Origin: a virus
Taxonomy: Duplodnaviria > Heunggongvirae > Uroviricota > Caudoviricetes
DNA: 33,563 nt
Direction: 5' to 3' (one strand)
IMG/VR virus record: IMGVR_UViG_2690316149_000019
Positions 7,498 to 16,805 of this stretch are shown here, in pieces. The notes beneath the pieces are model-generated. The model was not told where the DNA came from. It did no database searches and saw nothing but the letters and a program-made list of their open reading frames with translations. A program made the translations under genes and the position numbers. Positions within the stretch are counted from its first letter, which is position 1. Every line of letters starts with the position of its first letter.

Positions 7498-8118
7498 ATG
7501 GCAGATATCGACCTCTCTGGCCAATCTCCGGCTCAGTCTTCCCAGCCATCCAAAACTTCAACCTTTCCACATCCACCTAGCGATGCCGATCCAGATATTT
7601 TGTTACGTAGAGAAGTGCATGATGGCATGGAAAGGAGGGGAATGCGCTTAGTTTTGTCAGCCACCGTACTTTTTTTTGCCATAATGTTTTTATGGAAAGG
7701 TCTGTATTTCGCTCTCGAAGTCGGAAATGGTTTGCTTGCGGCTAAAAGTAGTATTGTTTCAGCGTTGGCACAAAATGATGAAAAGGTTGTTTGCGAACCT
7801 AAAACTAAATGTATTGAGCCTAAACAGCAGACAATGAAACCTACAGAAAAAACTCCCGGCATGTCAACAAAGGGTGATAGAGTAATGCCAAACTTATCTA
7901 CAGATTGGCTTTCTGCAAGTTCGCTAATTGCCATAGTCGCTTTCATCCTTGGTGTTGGCTTGACGTTAATCCTTACCCTACTTAAGTCCGCTTTTCATCA
8001 TCCGACTGATAAAAATCTCAATGAGCAAAAAACAACAGATGCGATTGAGTTGGCGACTCCCTTAAGTGAGTTAATCGCGGGTATTATTAATTATCTCAAG
8101 AGCAAATTTTCTAAATAA
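7498..8118 (+). CDS. Membrane protein of unknown function (two predicted transmembrane helices)
   Basis: 206 aa with hydrophobic stretches LVLSATVLFFAIMFLWKGLYFAL and LIAIVAFILGVGLTLILTLL and a Pro/Ser/Thr-rich N-terminus; lower GC than the phage core. Confidence 0.6.
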   Translation: MADIDLSGQSPAQSSQPSKTSTFPHPPSDADPDILLRREVHDGMERRGMRLVLSATVLFFAIMFLWKGLYFALEVGNGLLAAKSSIVSALAQNDEKVVCEPKTKCIEPKQQTMKPTEKTPGMSTKGDRVMPNLSTDWLSASSLIAIVAFILGVGLTLILTLLKSAFHHPTDKNLNEQKTTDAIELATPLSELIAGIINYLKSKFSK

Positions 8119-8327
8119 CGTCCTCTTGGTTATTTTTTAAATCAGCACCATTAGTGCCGGTTTTTTTATGCTGTTTTACTGTAATTTCCCTGTTTTTAAG
8201 CCGTGCATGCAGCAGGTGCATGGTTTTGCATGCGCAGGAAGTGTCCGTTCTGGCCGAGCACCGGCAGAACGGACGCGGATCCAGAACGGTCATGCAACTG
8301 CATTCAAACCACCCCATGAAGCGGGCG

Positions 8328-8346
8328 GGCGAGGCGGGGAAAGCAC
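8328..8346. other. cos: cos site (19-nt cohesive end sequence, P2-type)
   Basis: ggcgaggcggggaaagcac matches the P2 cohesive-end sequence as I recall it. It lies between the accessory locus and Q, where cos sits in P2, and a 10-bp stem-loop (8243-8274) is nearby. Confidence 0.7.
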
Positions 8347-8515
8347 TGCGCGCTGGCGGTGGTGCTGATTTTATTTTTTCAGCGTCTGAGCGCGTCGTGA
8401 TGGCGTTTAGATTGTGCGCCGGGGCGTTGGTGTGTCTGCGGGCTGTTTTGTGCGGTGGTGAGCGTGTGAGGGCGTGATGACGGGGGGTAAAAAAGCCGCC
8501 CGCAGGCGGCGATGT

Positions 8516-9550
8516 TCAGCCGTTGTCAGTGTCCAGTGAGTAGTTTTTAAAGCGGATGACCTCCTGACCGAGCCAGCCGTTTATCTCGCGGATCCTGTCC
8601 TGTAACGGGATAAGCTCATTGCGGACAAAGACCTTTGCCACTTTCTCAATATCACCCAGCGACCCGACGTTCTCCGGCTTGCCGCCCATCAACTGAAAGG
8701 GGATGCGGTGCGCGTCCAGCAGGTCAGCGGCGCTGGCTTTTTTGATATTAAAAAAATCGTCCTTCGTTGCCACTTCACTGAGCGGGATAATTTTAATGCC
8801 GTCGGCTTTCCCCTGCGGGGCATAGAGAAACAGATTTTTAAAGTTGTTGCGGCCTTTCGACTTGACCATGTTTTCGCGAAGCATTTCGATATCGTTGCGA
8901 TCCTGCACGGCATCGGTAACGTACATGATATATCCGGCATGAGCGCCGTTTTCGTAATACTTGCGGCGGAACAGCGTGGCCGACTCATTCAGCCAGGCAG
9001 AATTAAGGGCGCTGAGATATTCCGGCAGGCCGTACAGCTCCTGATTAATATCCGGCTCCAGCAGGTGAAACACGGAGCCGGGTGCGAAGGCTGTCGGCTC
9101 GTTGAAGGACGGCACCCACCAGTAAACATCCTCCTCCACACCTCGGCGGGTATATTTTGCCGGTGAGGTTTCCAGTCTGATGACCTTACCGGTGGTGCTG
9201 TAACGCTTTTCCAGAAACGCATTACCGAACACCAGAAAATCCAGCACAAAGCGGCTGAAATCCTGCTGGGAAAGCCACGGATGCGGGATAAATGTCGAGG
9301 CCAGAATATTACGTTTGACGTAAATCGGTGAGCTGTGATGCACGGCAGCACGCAGGCTTTTTGCCAGACCGGTAAAGCTGATCGGTGGCTCATACCATCT
9401 GCCGTTACTGATGCACTCGACGTAATCCAGAATGTCACGGCGGTCGAGTACCGGCACCGGCTCACCAAAGGTGAATGCTTCCATTTTCGGGGCGCTGGCG
9501 GTCATTGTTTTTGCCGCAGGTTGCGGTGTTTTCCCTTTTTTCTTGCTCAT
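8516..9550 (-). CDS. Q: Portal protein
   Basis: 344-aa ORF matching P2 gpQ in length and position; start overlaps the stop of P. Confidence 0.9.
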   Translation of the reverse strand: MSKKKGKTPQPAAKTMTASAPKMEAFTFGEPVPVLDRRDILDYVECISNGRWYEPPISFTGLAKSLRAAVHHSSPIYVKRNILASTFIPHPWLSQQDFSRFVLDFLVFGNAFLEKRYSTTGKVIRLETSPAKYTRRGVEEDVYWWVPSFNEPTAFAPGSVFHLLEPDINQELYGLPEYLSALNSAWLNESATLFRRKYYENGAHAGYIMYVTDAVQDRNDIEMLRENMVKSKGRNNFKNLFLYAPQGKADGIKIIPLSEVATKDDFFNIKKASAADLLDAHRIPFQLMGGKPENVGSLGDIEKVAKVFVRNELIPLQDRIREINGWLGQEVIRFKNYSLDTDNG

Positions 9551-11322
9551 CAGTAAAACTCCAGAATGGTGGATGTCAGCGGGGTGCTGATACCGGCGGT
9601 GAGTGGCTCATTTAACAGGGCGTGCATGGTCGCCCAGGCGAGGTCGGCGTGGCTGGCTTCCTCGCTGCGGCTGGCCTCATAGGTGGCGCTGCGTCCGCTG
9701 CTGGTCATGGTCTTGCGGATAGCCATAAACGAGCTGGTGATGTCGGTGGCGCTGACGTCATATTCCAGACAGCCACGGCGGATAACGTCTTTTGCCTTGA
9801 GCACCATTGCGGTTTTCATTTCCGGCGTGTAGCGGATGTCGCGCGCGGCGGGATAGAACGAGCGCACGAGCTGGAACACGCCGACACCGAGGCCGGTGGC
9901 ATCAATACCGATGTATTCAACGTTATATTTTTCGGTGAGTTTGCGGATGGATTCCGCCTGAGTGGCAAAGTCCATGCCTTTCCACTGGTGACGCTCAAGT
10001 ATTCTGAATTTGCCACCGGCCACCACCGGCGGTGCCAGCACCACGCATCCGGCGCTGTCGCCACGGTGTGACGGGTCGTAACCAATCCATACCGGGCGGG
10101 AGCCGAACGGATTGGCGGCAAACGGCGCATAGTCTTCCCATTCTTCCAGCGTGTCGACCATGCAGCGTTGCAGCTCCTCGAACGGGAACACCGACGCCTT
10201 GTCGTCAACAAATTCACACATGAACAGGTTTTTAAAATCGTCGGCGCTGTTTTCACGTTTGAGCTGCTCAATGTCGAACAGCGTGCAGCCACCTTTCAGG
10301 GCGTCCTCAATGGTGACAATCTGCCGCCACTGGCCGTCCGCACAGAGAAGCCCACCGGCAAGGGCGTTATGACTGACGTCGATTTCCACGCGTTCGGCGG
10401 CGCTGGCGCGTCCCCGGTTGAACAGTTCACCTGACCAGAACGGGTAGGCGTCGTGCGCCAGCGTGGACGGGGTGGAGAAATAGGTCGAACGCAGGTGACT
10501 CTGTGAGGCCATACCTGATGCCACCTTACGCAGTACCTGAAAATTCGGGATCCAGAAAATCTCGTCGACGTACAGGTCGCCGTTATGGCTCTGTGCGGTG
10601 TTGGAGTTGGTGCCGAGAAAAATTAGTTTTGCGCCGTTATTGCCCAGGACAATCGGGTCACCGGTCAGGTCAACGTCAACCAGACGGGCAAAGGCGATGA
10701 TGTATTCGCGGAACACATACGCCTGCGTTTTACTGGCCGACAGAAAAATCTGGTTATGGCCGGTTTTCAGGGCGCGCAGCAGCGCCTCGCGGGAAAAATA
10801 AAACGTTGCGCCAATCTGGCGGGATTTCAGTATATCGCGGATGCGGTGCTCAAGCCCGGCGCGATACCAGTGCAACTGATAGTCGAAAGACTGCTCAAAG
10901 AAAATCTGCTCCAGCTTTTCGATGGCTTCGTCACTGAAAAAATTCTTTTTCGGTTTGCGACGCCCGCCTTTGTTGCGGTTAGCGACGTTCGGATTAAGGT
11001 CTGCCTCGTTGCCGGTCTGACTGTAGCGGTTGACCCGCGCCAGTCGTTCAATCTGGCGTCCCAGCAGGTCAATTTCCTTGAAGTCACCGCCGGTTTTCTG
11101 CGGTTTGATGATGAGCTGGGTCAGCCGCGCTTCCAGGCTCATTTCGACACGGCTGATGGGGGCAACGCTGTCCCAGCCGTCGCGCTGTTTCCAGCTCTGC
11201 ACCGTCGGGCGTTTCATCTGCAACATGGCGGCAATCTGCGGCACGGAAAACCCCTGCCAGTACAGCAGCGCCGCCTGCCGACGCGGGTCGTGTAAAAGAG
11301 TGGTGTCTGTGGTGATGGTCAT
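9550..11322 (-). CDS. P: Terminase large subunit (ATPase)
   Basis: 590 aa from MTITTDTTLLHDPRRQAALLYWQGF, a P2 gpP-like N-terminus. The longer six-frame ORF (to 11352) is an upstream extension. Confidence 0.9.
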   Translation of the reverse strand: MTITTDTTLLHDPRRQAALLYWQGFSVPQIAAMLQMKRPTVQSWKQRDGWDSVAPISRVEMSLEARLTQLIIKPQKTGGDFKEIDLLGRQIERLARVNRYSQTGNEADLNPNVANRNKGGRRKPKKNFFSDEAIEKLEQIFFEQSFDYQLHWYRAGLEHRIRDILKSRQIGATFYFSREALLRALKTGHNQIFLSASKTQAYVFREYIIAFARLVDVDLTGDPIVLGNNGAKLIFLGTNSNTAQSHNGDLYVDEIFWIPNFQVLRKVASGMASQSHLRSTYFSTPSTLAHDAYPFWSGELFNRGRASAAERVEIDVSHNALAGGLLCADGQWRQIVTIEDALKGGCTLFDIEQLKRENSADDFKNLFMCEFVDDKASVFPFEELQRCMVDTLEEWEDYAPFAANPFGSRPVWIGYDPSHRGDSAGCVVLAPPVVAGGKFRILERHQWKGMDFATQAESIRKLTEKYNVEYIGIDATGLGVGVFQLVRSFYPAARDIRYTPEMKTAMVLKAKDVIRRGCLEYDVSATDITSSFMAIRKTMTSSGRSATYEASRSEEASHADLAWATMHALLNEPLTAGISTPLTSTILEFY

Positions 11323-11495
11323 GAATACCTCGCCGTGATGAATACACGGCAAGGCTACTGAGTCGCGCCCCGCGATTCGCTAAGGTGCTGTTGTGTCAGT
11401 GATAAGCCATCCGGGACTGATGGCGGAGGATGCGCATCGTCGGGAAACTGATGCCGACATGTGACTCCTCTAATCACTATTCAGGACTCCTGACA

Positions 11496-12350
11496 ATGGC
11501 AAAAAAAGTCTCAAAATTCTTTCGTATCGGCGTTGAGGGTGACACCTGTGACGGGCGTGTCATCAGTGCGCAGGATATTCAGGAAATGGCCGAAACCTTT
11601 GACCCGCGTGTCTACGGTTGCCGCATTAACCTGGAACATCTGCGCGGCATCCTGCCTGACGGTATTTTTAAACGTTATGGCGATGTGGTCGAACTGAAGG
11701 CCGAAAAGATTGATGACGATTCGGCGCTGAAAGGCAAATGGGCGCTGTTTGCGAAAATCACCCCGACCGATGACCTTATCGCGATGAACAAGGCCGCGCA
11801 GAAGGTCTACACCTCAATGGAAATTCAGCCGAACTTTGCCAACACCGGCAAATGTTATCTGGTGGGGCTGGCCGTCACCGATGACCCGGCAAGCCTCGGC
11901 ACGGAATACCTGGAATTCTGCCGCACGGCAAAACACAACCCTCTGAACCGCTTCAAATTAAGCCCTGAAAACCTGATTTCAGTGGCAACGCCCGTTGAGC
12001 TGGAATTTGAAGACCTGCCTGAAACCGTGTTCACCGCCCTGACCGAAAAGGTGAAATCCATTTTTGGCCGCAAACAGGCCAGCGATGACGCCCGTCTGAA
12101 TGATGTGCATGAAGCGGTGACCGCTGTTGCTGAACATGTGCAGGAAAAACTGAGCGCCACTGAGCAGCGCCTCGCTGAGATGGAAACCGCCTTTTCCGCA
12201 CTTAAGCAGGAGGTGACTGACAGGGCGGATGAAACCAGCCAGGCATTCACCCGCCTGAAAAACAGCCTCGACCACACCGAAAGTCTGACCCAGCAGCGCC
12301 GCAGCAAAGCCACCGGCGGTGGCGGTGACGCCCTGATGACGAACTGCTGA
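11496..12350 (+). CDS. O: Capsid scaffolding protein
   Basis: 284 aa from MAKKVSKFFRIGVEGDTCDGR, matching P2 gpO; divergent from P across a late-promoter region. Confidence 0.9.
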   Translation: MAKKVSKFFRIGVEGDTCDGRVISAQDIQEMAETFDPRVYGCRINLEHLRGILPDGIFKRYGDVVELKAEKIDDDSALKGKWALFAKITPTDDLIAMNKAAQKVYTSMEIQPNFANTGKCYLVGLAVTDDPASLGTEYLEFCRTAKHNPLNRFKLSPENLISVATPVELEFEDLPETVFTALTEKVKSIFGRKQASDDARLNDVHEAVTAVAEHVQEKLSATEQRLAEMETAFSALKQEVTDRADETSQAFTRLKNSLDHTESLTQQRRSKATGGGGDALMTNC

Positions 12351-12404
12351 CCGGCGTCAGTCCGGGAAAACCTTCACGATTAACTCTTAATTTCAGGAAA
12401 AACT

Positions 12405-13478
12405 ATGCGCCAGGAAACCCGCTTTAAATTTAATGCCTACCTGTCCCGTGTTGCCGAACTGAACGGCATCGACGCCGGTGATGTGTCGAAAAAATTCACC
12501 GTTGAACCGTCGGTCACCCAGACCCTGATGAACACCATGCAGGAGTCCTCTGACTTTCTGACCCGCATCAACATTGTGCCGGTCAGCGAAATGAAAGGGG
12601 AAAAAATTGGCATCGGTGTCACCGGCTCCATCGCCAGCACCACCGACACCGCCGGTGGCACCGAGCGTCAGCCGAAGGACTTCTCGAAGCTGGCGTCAAA
12701 CAAGTACGAATGCGACCAGATTAACTTCGATTTTTATATCCGCTACAAAACGCTGGACCTGTGGGCGCGTTATCAGGATTTCCAGCTCCGTGTCCGTAAC
12801 GCCATTATCAAACGCCAGTCCCTTGATTTCATCATGGCCGGTTTTAACGGCGTGAAGCGTGCCGAAACCTCTGACCGCAGCAGTAACCCGATGCTGCAGG
12901 ATGTGGCGGTCGGCTGGCTGCAGAAATACCGCAATGAAGCTCCGGCGCGCGTGATGAGCAAGGTCACTGACGAGGAAGGCCATACCACCTCTGAGGTTAT
13001 CCGCGTGGGTAAGGGCGGTGATTATGTCAGCCTTGATGCACTGGTGATGGATGCGACCAATAACCTGATTGAACCGTGGTATCAGGAAGACCCTGACCTT
13101 GTGGTGATTGTGGGGCGTCAGCTACTGGCGGACAAGTATTTCCCCATCGTCAACAGGGAGCAGGACAACAGCGAAATGCTGGCCGCTGACGTCATCATCA
13201 GCCAGAAACGCATCGGTAACCTGCCAGCGGTACGCGTCCCGTACTTCCCGGCGGATGCGATGCTCATCACGAAGCTGGAAAACCTGTCCATCTACTACAT
13301 GGATGACAGCCATCGCCGCGTGATTGAGGAAAACCCGAAACTCGACCGCGTGGAGAACTACGAGTCAATGAACATTGATTACGTGGTGGAAGACTACGCC
13401 GCCGGCTGTCTGGTGGAAAAAATTAAGGTCGGTGATTTCTCCACACCGGCTAAAGCGACCGCAGAGCCGGGAGCGTAA
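12405..13478 (+). CDS. N: Major capsid protein
   Basis: 357 aa, P2 gpN length and position. Confidence 0.9.
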   Translation: MRQETRFKFNAYLSRVAELNGIDAGDVSKKFTVEPSVTQTLMNTMQESSDFLTRINIVPVSEMKGEKIGIGVTGSIASTTDTAGGTERQPKDFSKLASNKYECDQINFDFYIRYKTLDLWARYQDFQLRVRNAIIKRQSLDFIMAGFNGVKRAETSDRSSNPMLQDVAVGWLQKYRNEAPARVMSKVTDEEGHTTSEVIRVGKGGDYVSLDALVMDATNNLIEPWYQEDPDLVVIVGRQLLADKYFPIVNREQDNSEMLAADVIISQKRIGNLPAVRVPYFPADAMLITKLENLSIYYMDDSHRRVIEENPKLDRVENYESMNIDYVVEDYAAGCLVEKIKVGDFSTPAKATAEPGA

Positions 13479-13481
13479 CCG

Positions 13482-14225
13482 ATGACGAGTCCCGCACAGC
13501 GCCACATGATGCGGGTCTCGGCAGCGATGACCGCGCAGCGGGACGCCGCCCCGCTGCGACATGCAACTGTCTATGAGCAGATGCTGGTTAAGCTGGCCGC
13601 AGACCAGCGCACACTGAAAGCGATTTATTCAAAAGAGCTGAAGGCCGCGAAAAAGCGCGAACTGCTGCCGTTCTGGTTGCCGTGGGTGAACGGTGTGCTG
13701 GAGCAGGGCAAAGGCGCACAGGATGACATTCTGATGACGGTCATGCTGTGGCGTCTGGATACCGGCGATATTGCCGGTGCGCTGGAGATTGCCCGTTATG
13801 CCCTGAAGTACGGTCTGACCATGCCGGGTAAACACCGCCGTACCCCGCCGTACATGTTCACCGAGGAAGTGGCTCTCGCGGCCATGCGCGCTCACGCTGC
13901 CGGTGAGTCTGTGGATCCCCGCCTGCTGACGGACACCCTTGAACTGACCGCCACGGCTGACATGCCTGATGAAGTGCGCGCAAAGCTGCACAAAATCACC
14001 GGTCTGTTTCTGCGTGACGCTGGTGATGCCGCAGGGGCGCTGGCACACCTGCAACGTGCGACACAGCTCGACTGTCAGGCAGGCGTCAAAAAAGAGATTG
14101 AACGACTGGAGCGGGAGCTGAAACCGAAGCCGGAGCCGCAGCCCAAAGCGGCCACCCGCGCCCCGCGTAAGACCCGGAGCGTGACACCGGCAAAACGTGG
14201 ACGCCCGAAAAAGAAAGCCAGTTAA
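13482..14225 (+). CDS. M: Terminase small (endonuclease) subunit
   Basis: 247 aa with a basic C-terminal tail, as in P2 gpM. Confidence 0.88.
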   Translation: MTSPAQRHMMRVSAAMTAQRDAAPLRHATVYEQMLVKLAADQRTLKAIYSKELKAAKKRELLPFWLPWVNGVLEQGKGAQDDILMTVMLWRLDTGDIAGALEIARYALKYGLTMPGKHRRTPPYMFTEEVALAAMRAHAAGESVDPRLLTDTLELTATADMPDEVRAKLHKITGLFLRDAGDAAGALAHLQRATQLDCQAGVKKEIERLERELKPKPEPQPKAATRAPRKTRSVTPAKRGRPKKKAS

Positions 14226-14324
14226 CAACCGAATGCGCCCCGCGCCAGGGCGGCACGCCGGTCAGTGAGGGTGAATCACCTGACACTGCACCGGCGTCCA
14301 CCGCCCGACTTTTCAGAGGTAGTC

Positions 14325-14834
14325 ATGATGACGCTGATTATTCCGCGAAAGGAGGCTCCCGTGTCCGGTGAGGGTACGGTGGTCATCCCGCAACCGGCAG
14401 GCGACGAGCCGGTGATTAAAAACACGTTCTTTTTTCCCGATATCGACCCGAAGCGCGTCCGGGAACGTATGCGCCTTGAGCAGACCGTCGCCCCCGCCCG
14501 TCTGCGTGAGGCCATCAAGTCAGGCATGGCTGAAACGAATGCGGAGCTGTACGAGTACCGCGAACAGAAAATTGCTGCCGGTTTTACGCGTCTGGCGGAC
14601 GTTCCGGCGGACGACATCGACGGTGAAAGCATCAAGGTTTTTTACTACGAGCGCGCCGTGTGCGCGATGGCGACCGCGTCGCTTTATGAGCGTTATCGCG
14701 GCGTGGATGCCAGTGCGAAAGGCGACAAGAAGGCTGACAGCATTGACAGCACCATTGATGAACTGTGGCGGGATATGCGCTGGGCGGTGGCGCGTATCCA
14801 GGACAAGCCGCGCTGCATCGTGAGTCAAATCTGA
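14325..14834 (+). CDS. L: Head completion / stabilisation protein
   Basis: 169 aa from MMTLIIPRKEAPVSGEG, matching P2 gpL. Confidence 0.88.
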   Translation: MMTLIIPRKEAPVSGEGTVVIPQPAGDEPVIKNTFFFPDIDPKRVRERMRLEQTVAPARLREAIKSGMAETNAELYEYREQKIAAGFTRLADVPADDIDGESIKVFYYERAVCAMATASLYERYRGVDASAKGDKKADSIDSTIDELWRDMRWAVARIQDKPRCIVSQI

Positions 14835-15037
14835 TGAAGACCTTTGCGCTACAGGGCGACACGCTCGACGCCATTTGTGTCCGGTATTACGGGCGCACTG
14901 AGGGCGTGGTTGAGACCGTGCTCGCCGCAAATCCGGGACTGGCTGAACTGGGTGCGGTGCTGCCACATGGCACCGCCGTCGAACTGCCCGACGTTCAGAC
15001 CGCGCCCGTGGCTGAAACTGTCAATCTGTGGGAGTAA
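14834..15037 (+). CDS. X: Tail protein X
   Basis: 67 aa from MKTFALQGDTLDAICVRYYG; start overlaps the L stop (TGATG). Confidence 0.85.
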   Translation: MKTFALQGDTLDAICVRYYGRTEGVVETVLAANPGLAELGAVLPHGTAVELPDVQTAPVAETVNLWE

Positions 15038-15040
15038 CGC

Positions 15041-15322
15041 ATGACAGCAGAAGAAAAAAGCGTCCTGTCGCTTTTCATGATTGGGGTGCTGATTGTTGTC
15101 GGCAAGGTGCTTGCCGGTGGTGAACCCATCACCCCGCGTCTGTTTATCGGGCGCATGTTGCTCGGCGGTTTTGTCTCGATGGTTGCCGGTGTTGTTCTGG
15201 TGCAGTTTCCTGACCTGTCACTGCCTGCGGTGTGCGGCATCGGCTCCATGCTGGGTATCGCCGGTTATCAGGTGATTGAGATTGCCATTCAGCGCCGCTT
15301 TAAGGGCAGGGGGAAACCGTAA
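15041..15322 (+). CDS. Y: Holin
   Basis: 93 aa, hydrophobic (VLSLFMIGVLIVVGKVLAGG...), first gene of the lysis cassette. Confidence 0.85.
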   Translation: MTAEEKSVLSLFMIGVLIVVGKVLAGGEPITPRLFIGRMLLGGFVSMVAGVVLVQFPDLSLPAVCGIGSMLGIAGYQVIEIAIQRRFKGRGKP

Positions 15323-15819
15323 TGCCGGTAATTAACACGCATCAGAATATCGCCGCCTTTCTCGACATGCTGGCCGTGTCCGAAGGGACGGCGAATCATC
15401 CGCTGACGAAAAACCGGGGCTATGACGTGATAGTCACCGGACTGGACGGGAAGCCGGAAATTTTCACCGACTACAGTGACCACCCGTTCGCGCATGGCCG
15501 ACCGGCGAAGGTGTTTAACCGTCGCGGTGAAAAATCCACGGCCTCCGGTCGCTATCAGCAGCTTTACCTGTTCTGGCCGCATTACCGCAAACAGCTTGCC
15601 CTGCCGGATTTCAGTCCGTTGTCACAGGACAGACTCGCCATTCAGTTGATCCGCGAACGCGGTGCGCTGGATGACATCCGGGCGGGACGTATTGAGCGCG
15701 CCATTTCACGCTGTCGCAATATCTGGGCGTCCCTGCCGGGAGCCGGTTACGGTCAGCGTGAGCATTCACTGGAAAAACTGGTCACCGTCTGGCGTACCGC
15801 TGGCGGCGTACCGGCTTAA
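15322..15819 (+). CDS. K: Endolysin (lysozyme)
   Basis: 165 aa, P2 gpK length and position immediately after the holin. Confidence 0.88.
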   Translation: MPVINTHQNIAAFLDMLAVSEGTANHPLTKNRGYDVIVTGLDGKPEIFTDYSDHPFAHGRPAKVFNRRGEKSTASGRYQQLYLFWPHYRKQLALPDFSPLSQDRLAIQLIRERGALDDIRAGRIERAISRCRNIWASLPGAGYGQREHSLEKLVTVWRTAGGVPA

Positions 15820-15833
15820 ACGGAGTAAACACC

Positions 15834-16259
15834 ATGAAGAAATTATCCCTTTCACTGATGCTGAATGTGTCGCTGGCGCTGATGCTGGCACTGTCCCTGA
15901 TTTACCCGCAGAGCGTGGCCGTCAGTTTTGTCGCTGCCTGGGCGATTCTGGCGACGGTTATCTGTGTGGTTTCCGGTGGTGTCGGGGTGTATGCCACTGA
16001 GTATGTGCTGGAACGCTACGGGCGGGAGCTGCCGCCGGAATCGCTGGCTGTGAAGATTGTCACGTCGCTGTTTTTGCAGCCGGTGACGTGGTGCAGACGG
16101 GCGGCGGCTCTGGTGGTGATGGTGGCGACATTTATCTCGCTGGTCGCCGCCGGGTGGATTTTTACTGCGCTGATTTATCTCGTGGCGTCGGTGTTCTTCC
16201 GGCTGATACGTACGGCCTGCCGTCAGCGTTTTGAGGGGCGGGAACCATGTCAAAGCTGA
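15834..16259 (+). CDS. lysA: Lysis timing membrane protein LysA
   Basis: 141 aa with multiple hydrophobic helices, in the P2 lysA position. Confidence 0.8.
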   Translation: MKKLSLSLMLNVSLALMLALSLIYPQSVAVSFVAAWAILATVICVVSGGVGVYATEYVLERYGRELPPESLAVKIVTSLFLQPVTWCRRAAALVVMVATFISLVAAGWIFTALIYLVASVFFRLIRTACRQRFEGREPCQS

Positions 16260-16672
16260 TGATTGTGCTGGTTGTGTTGTTATCACTGGCGGTGGCGGGG
16301 CTGTTTCTGGCGAAGCATGAAAACGCCAGCCTGCGCGCCTCGCTGGACAGGGCGAACAACGTCGCCAGCGGTCAGCAGACGACCATCACCATGCTGAAAA
16401 ATCAGCTTCATGTTGCGCTCACCAGGGCAGATAAAAACGAGCTGGCGCAGGTTGCACTGCGTCAGGAACTGGAGAACGCCGCGAAACGTGAAGCACAGCG
16501 CGAGAAAACCATCACGAGGTTACTTAATGAGAACGAAGATTTTCGCCGCTGGTACGGTGCTGACCTGCCTGATGCTGTGCGCCGGTTGCACCAGCGCCCC
16601 GCCTGCACCGACGCCAGTGATTGTCCACAACGCCTGCCCGAAAGTGAGCCTTTGCCCGATGCCGGGCAGTGA
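16247..16672 (+). CDS. lysB: Rz-like inner-membrane spanin LysB
   Basis: 141 aa with an N-terminal transmembrane helix and a coiled-coil-like remainder. Confidence 0.8.
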   Translation: MSKLMIVLVVLLSLAVAGLFLAKHENASLRASLDRANNVASGQQTTITMLKNQLHVALTRADKNELAQVALRQELENAAKREAQREKTITRLLNENEDFRRWYGADLPDAVRRLHQRPACTDASDCPQRLPESEPLPDAGQ

Positions 16673-16805
16673 CCCGGAGACGAACGGTGATTTAAGTGCC
16701 GATATCCGGCAGCTTGAGAACGCGCTGGCACGCTGTGCCAGCCAGGTAAAAATGATTAAACACTGTCAGGACGAAAACGATGCTCAAACCCGACAGCCTG
16801 CGTAG
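16527..16805 (+). CDS. lysC: Rz1-like outer-membrane lipoprotein spanin LysC, overlapping lysB out of frame
   Basis: MRTKIFAAGTVLTCLMLCAGC is a lipoprotein signal with a lipobox cysteine, followed by a proline-rich stretch; it is read in the +1 frame inside lysB. Confidence 0.65.
   Translation: MRTKIFAAGTVLTCLMLCAGCTSAPPAPTPVIVHNACPKVSLCPMPGSDPETNGDLSADIRQLENALARCASQVKMIKHCQDENDAQTRQPA

Noticed and set aside
5970-8118. Presence of the P2 tin and old genes
   Set aside because: No ORF of the expected size for Old (about 590 aa) exists in the locus and none of the four ORFs has ATPase or nuclease motifs; the cargo is different.
8111-8477. Three overlapping ORFs (8111-8317 minus strand, 8154-8477 and 8168-8368 plus strand)
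   Set aside because: They overlap one another and the cos site, have Cys/Arg-rich low-complexity translations and no ribosome-binding sites; the region is the non-coding packaging site.
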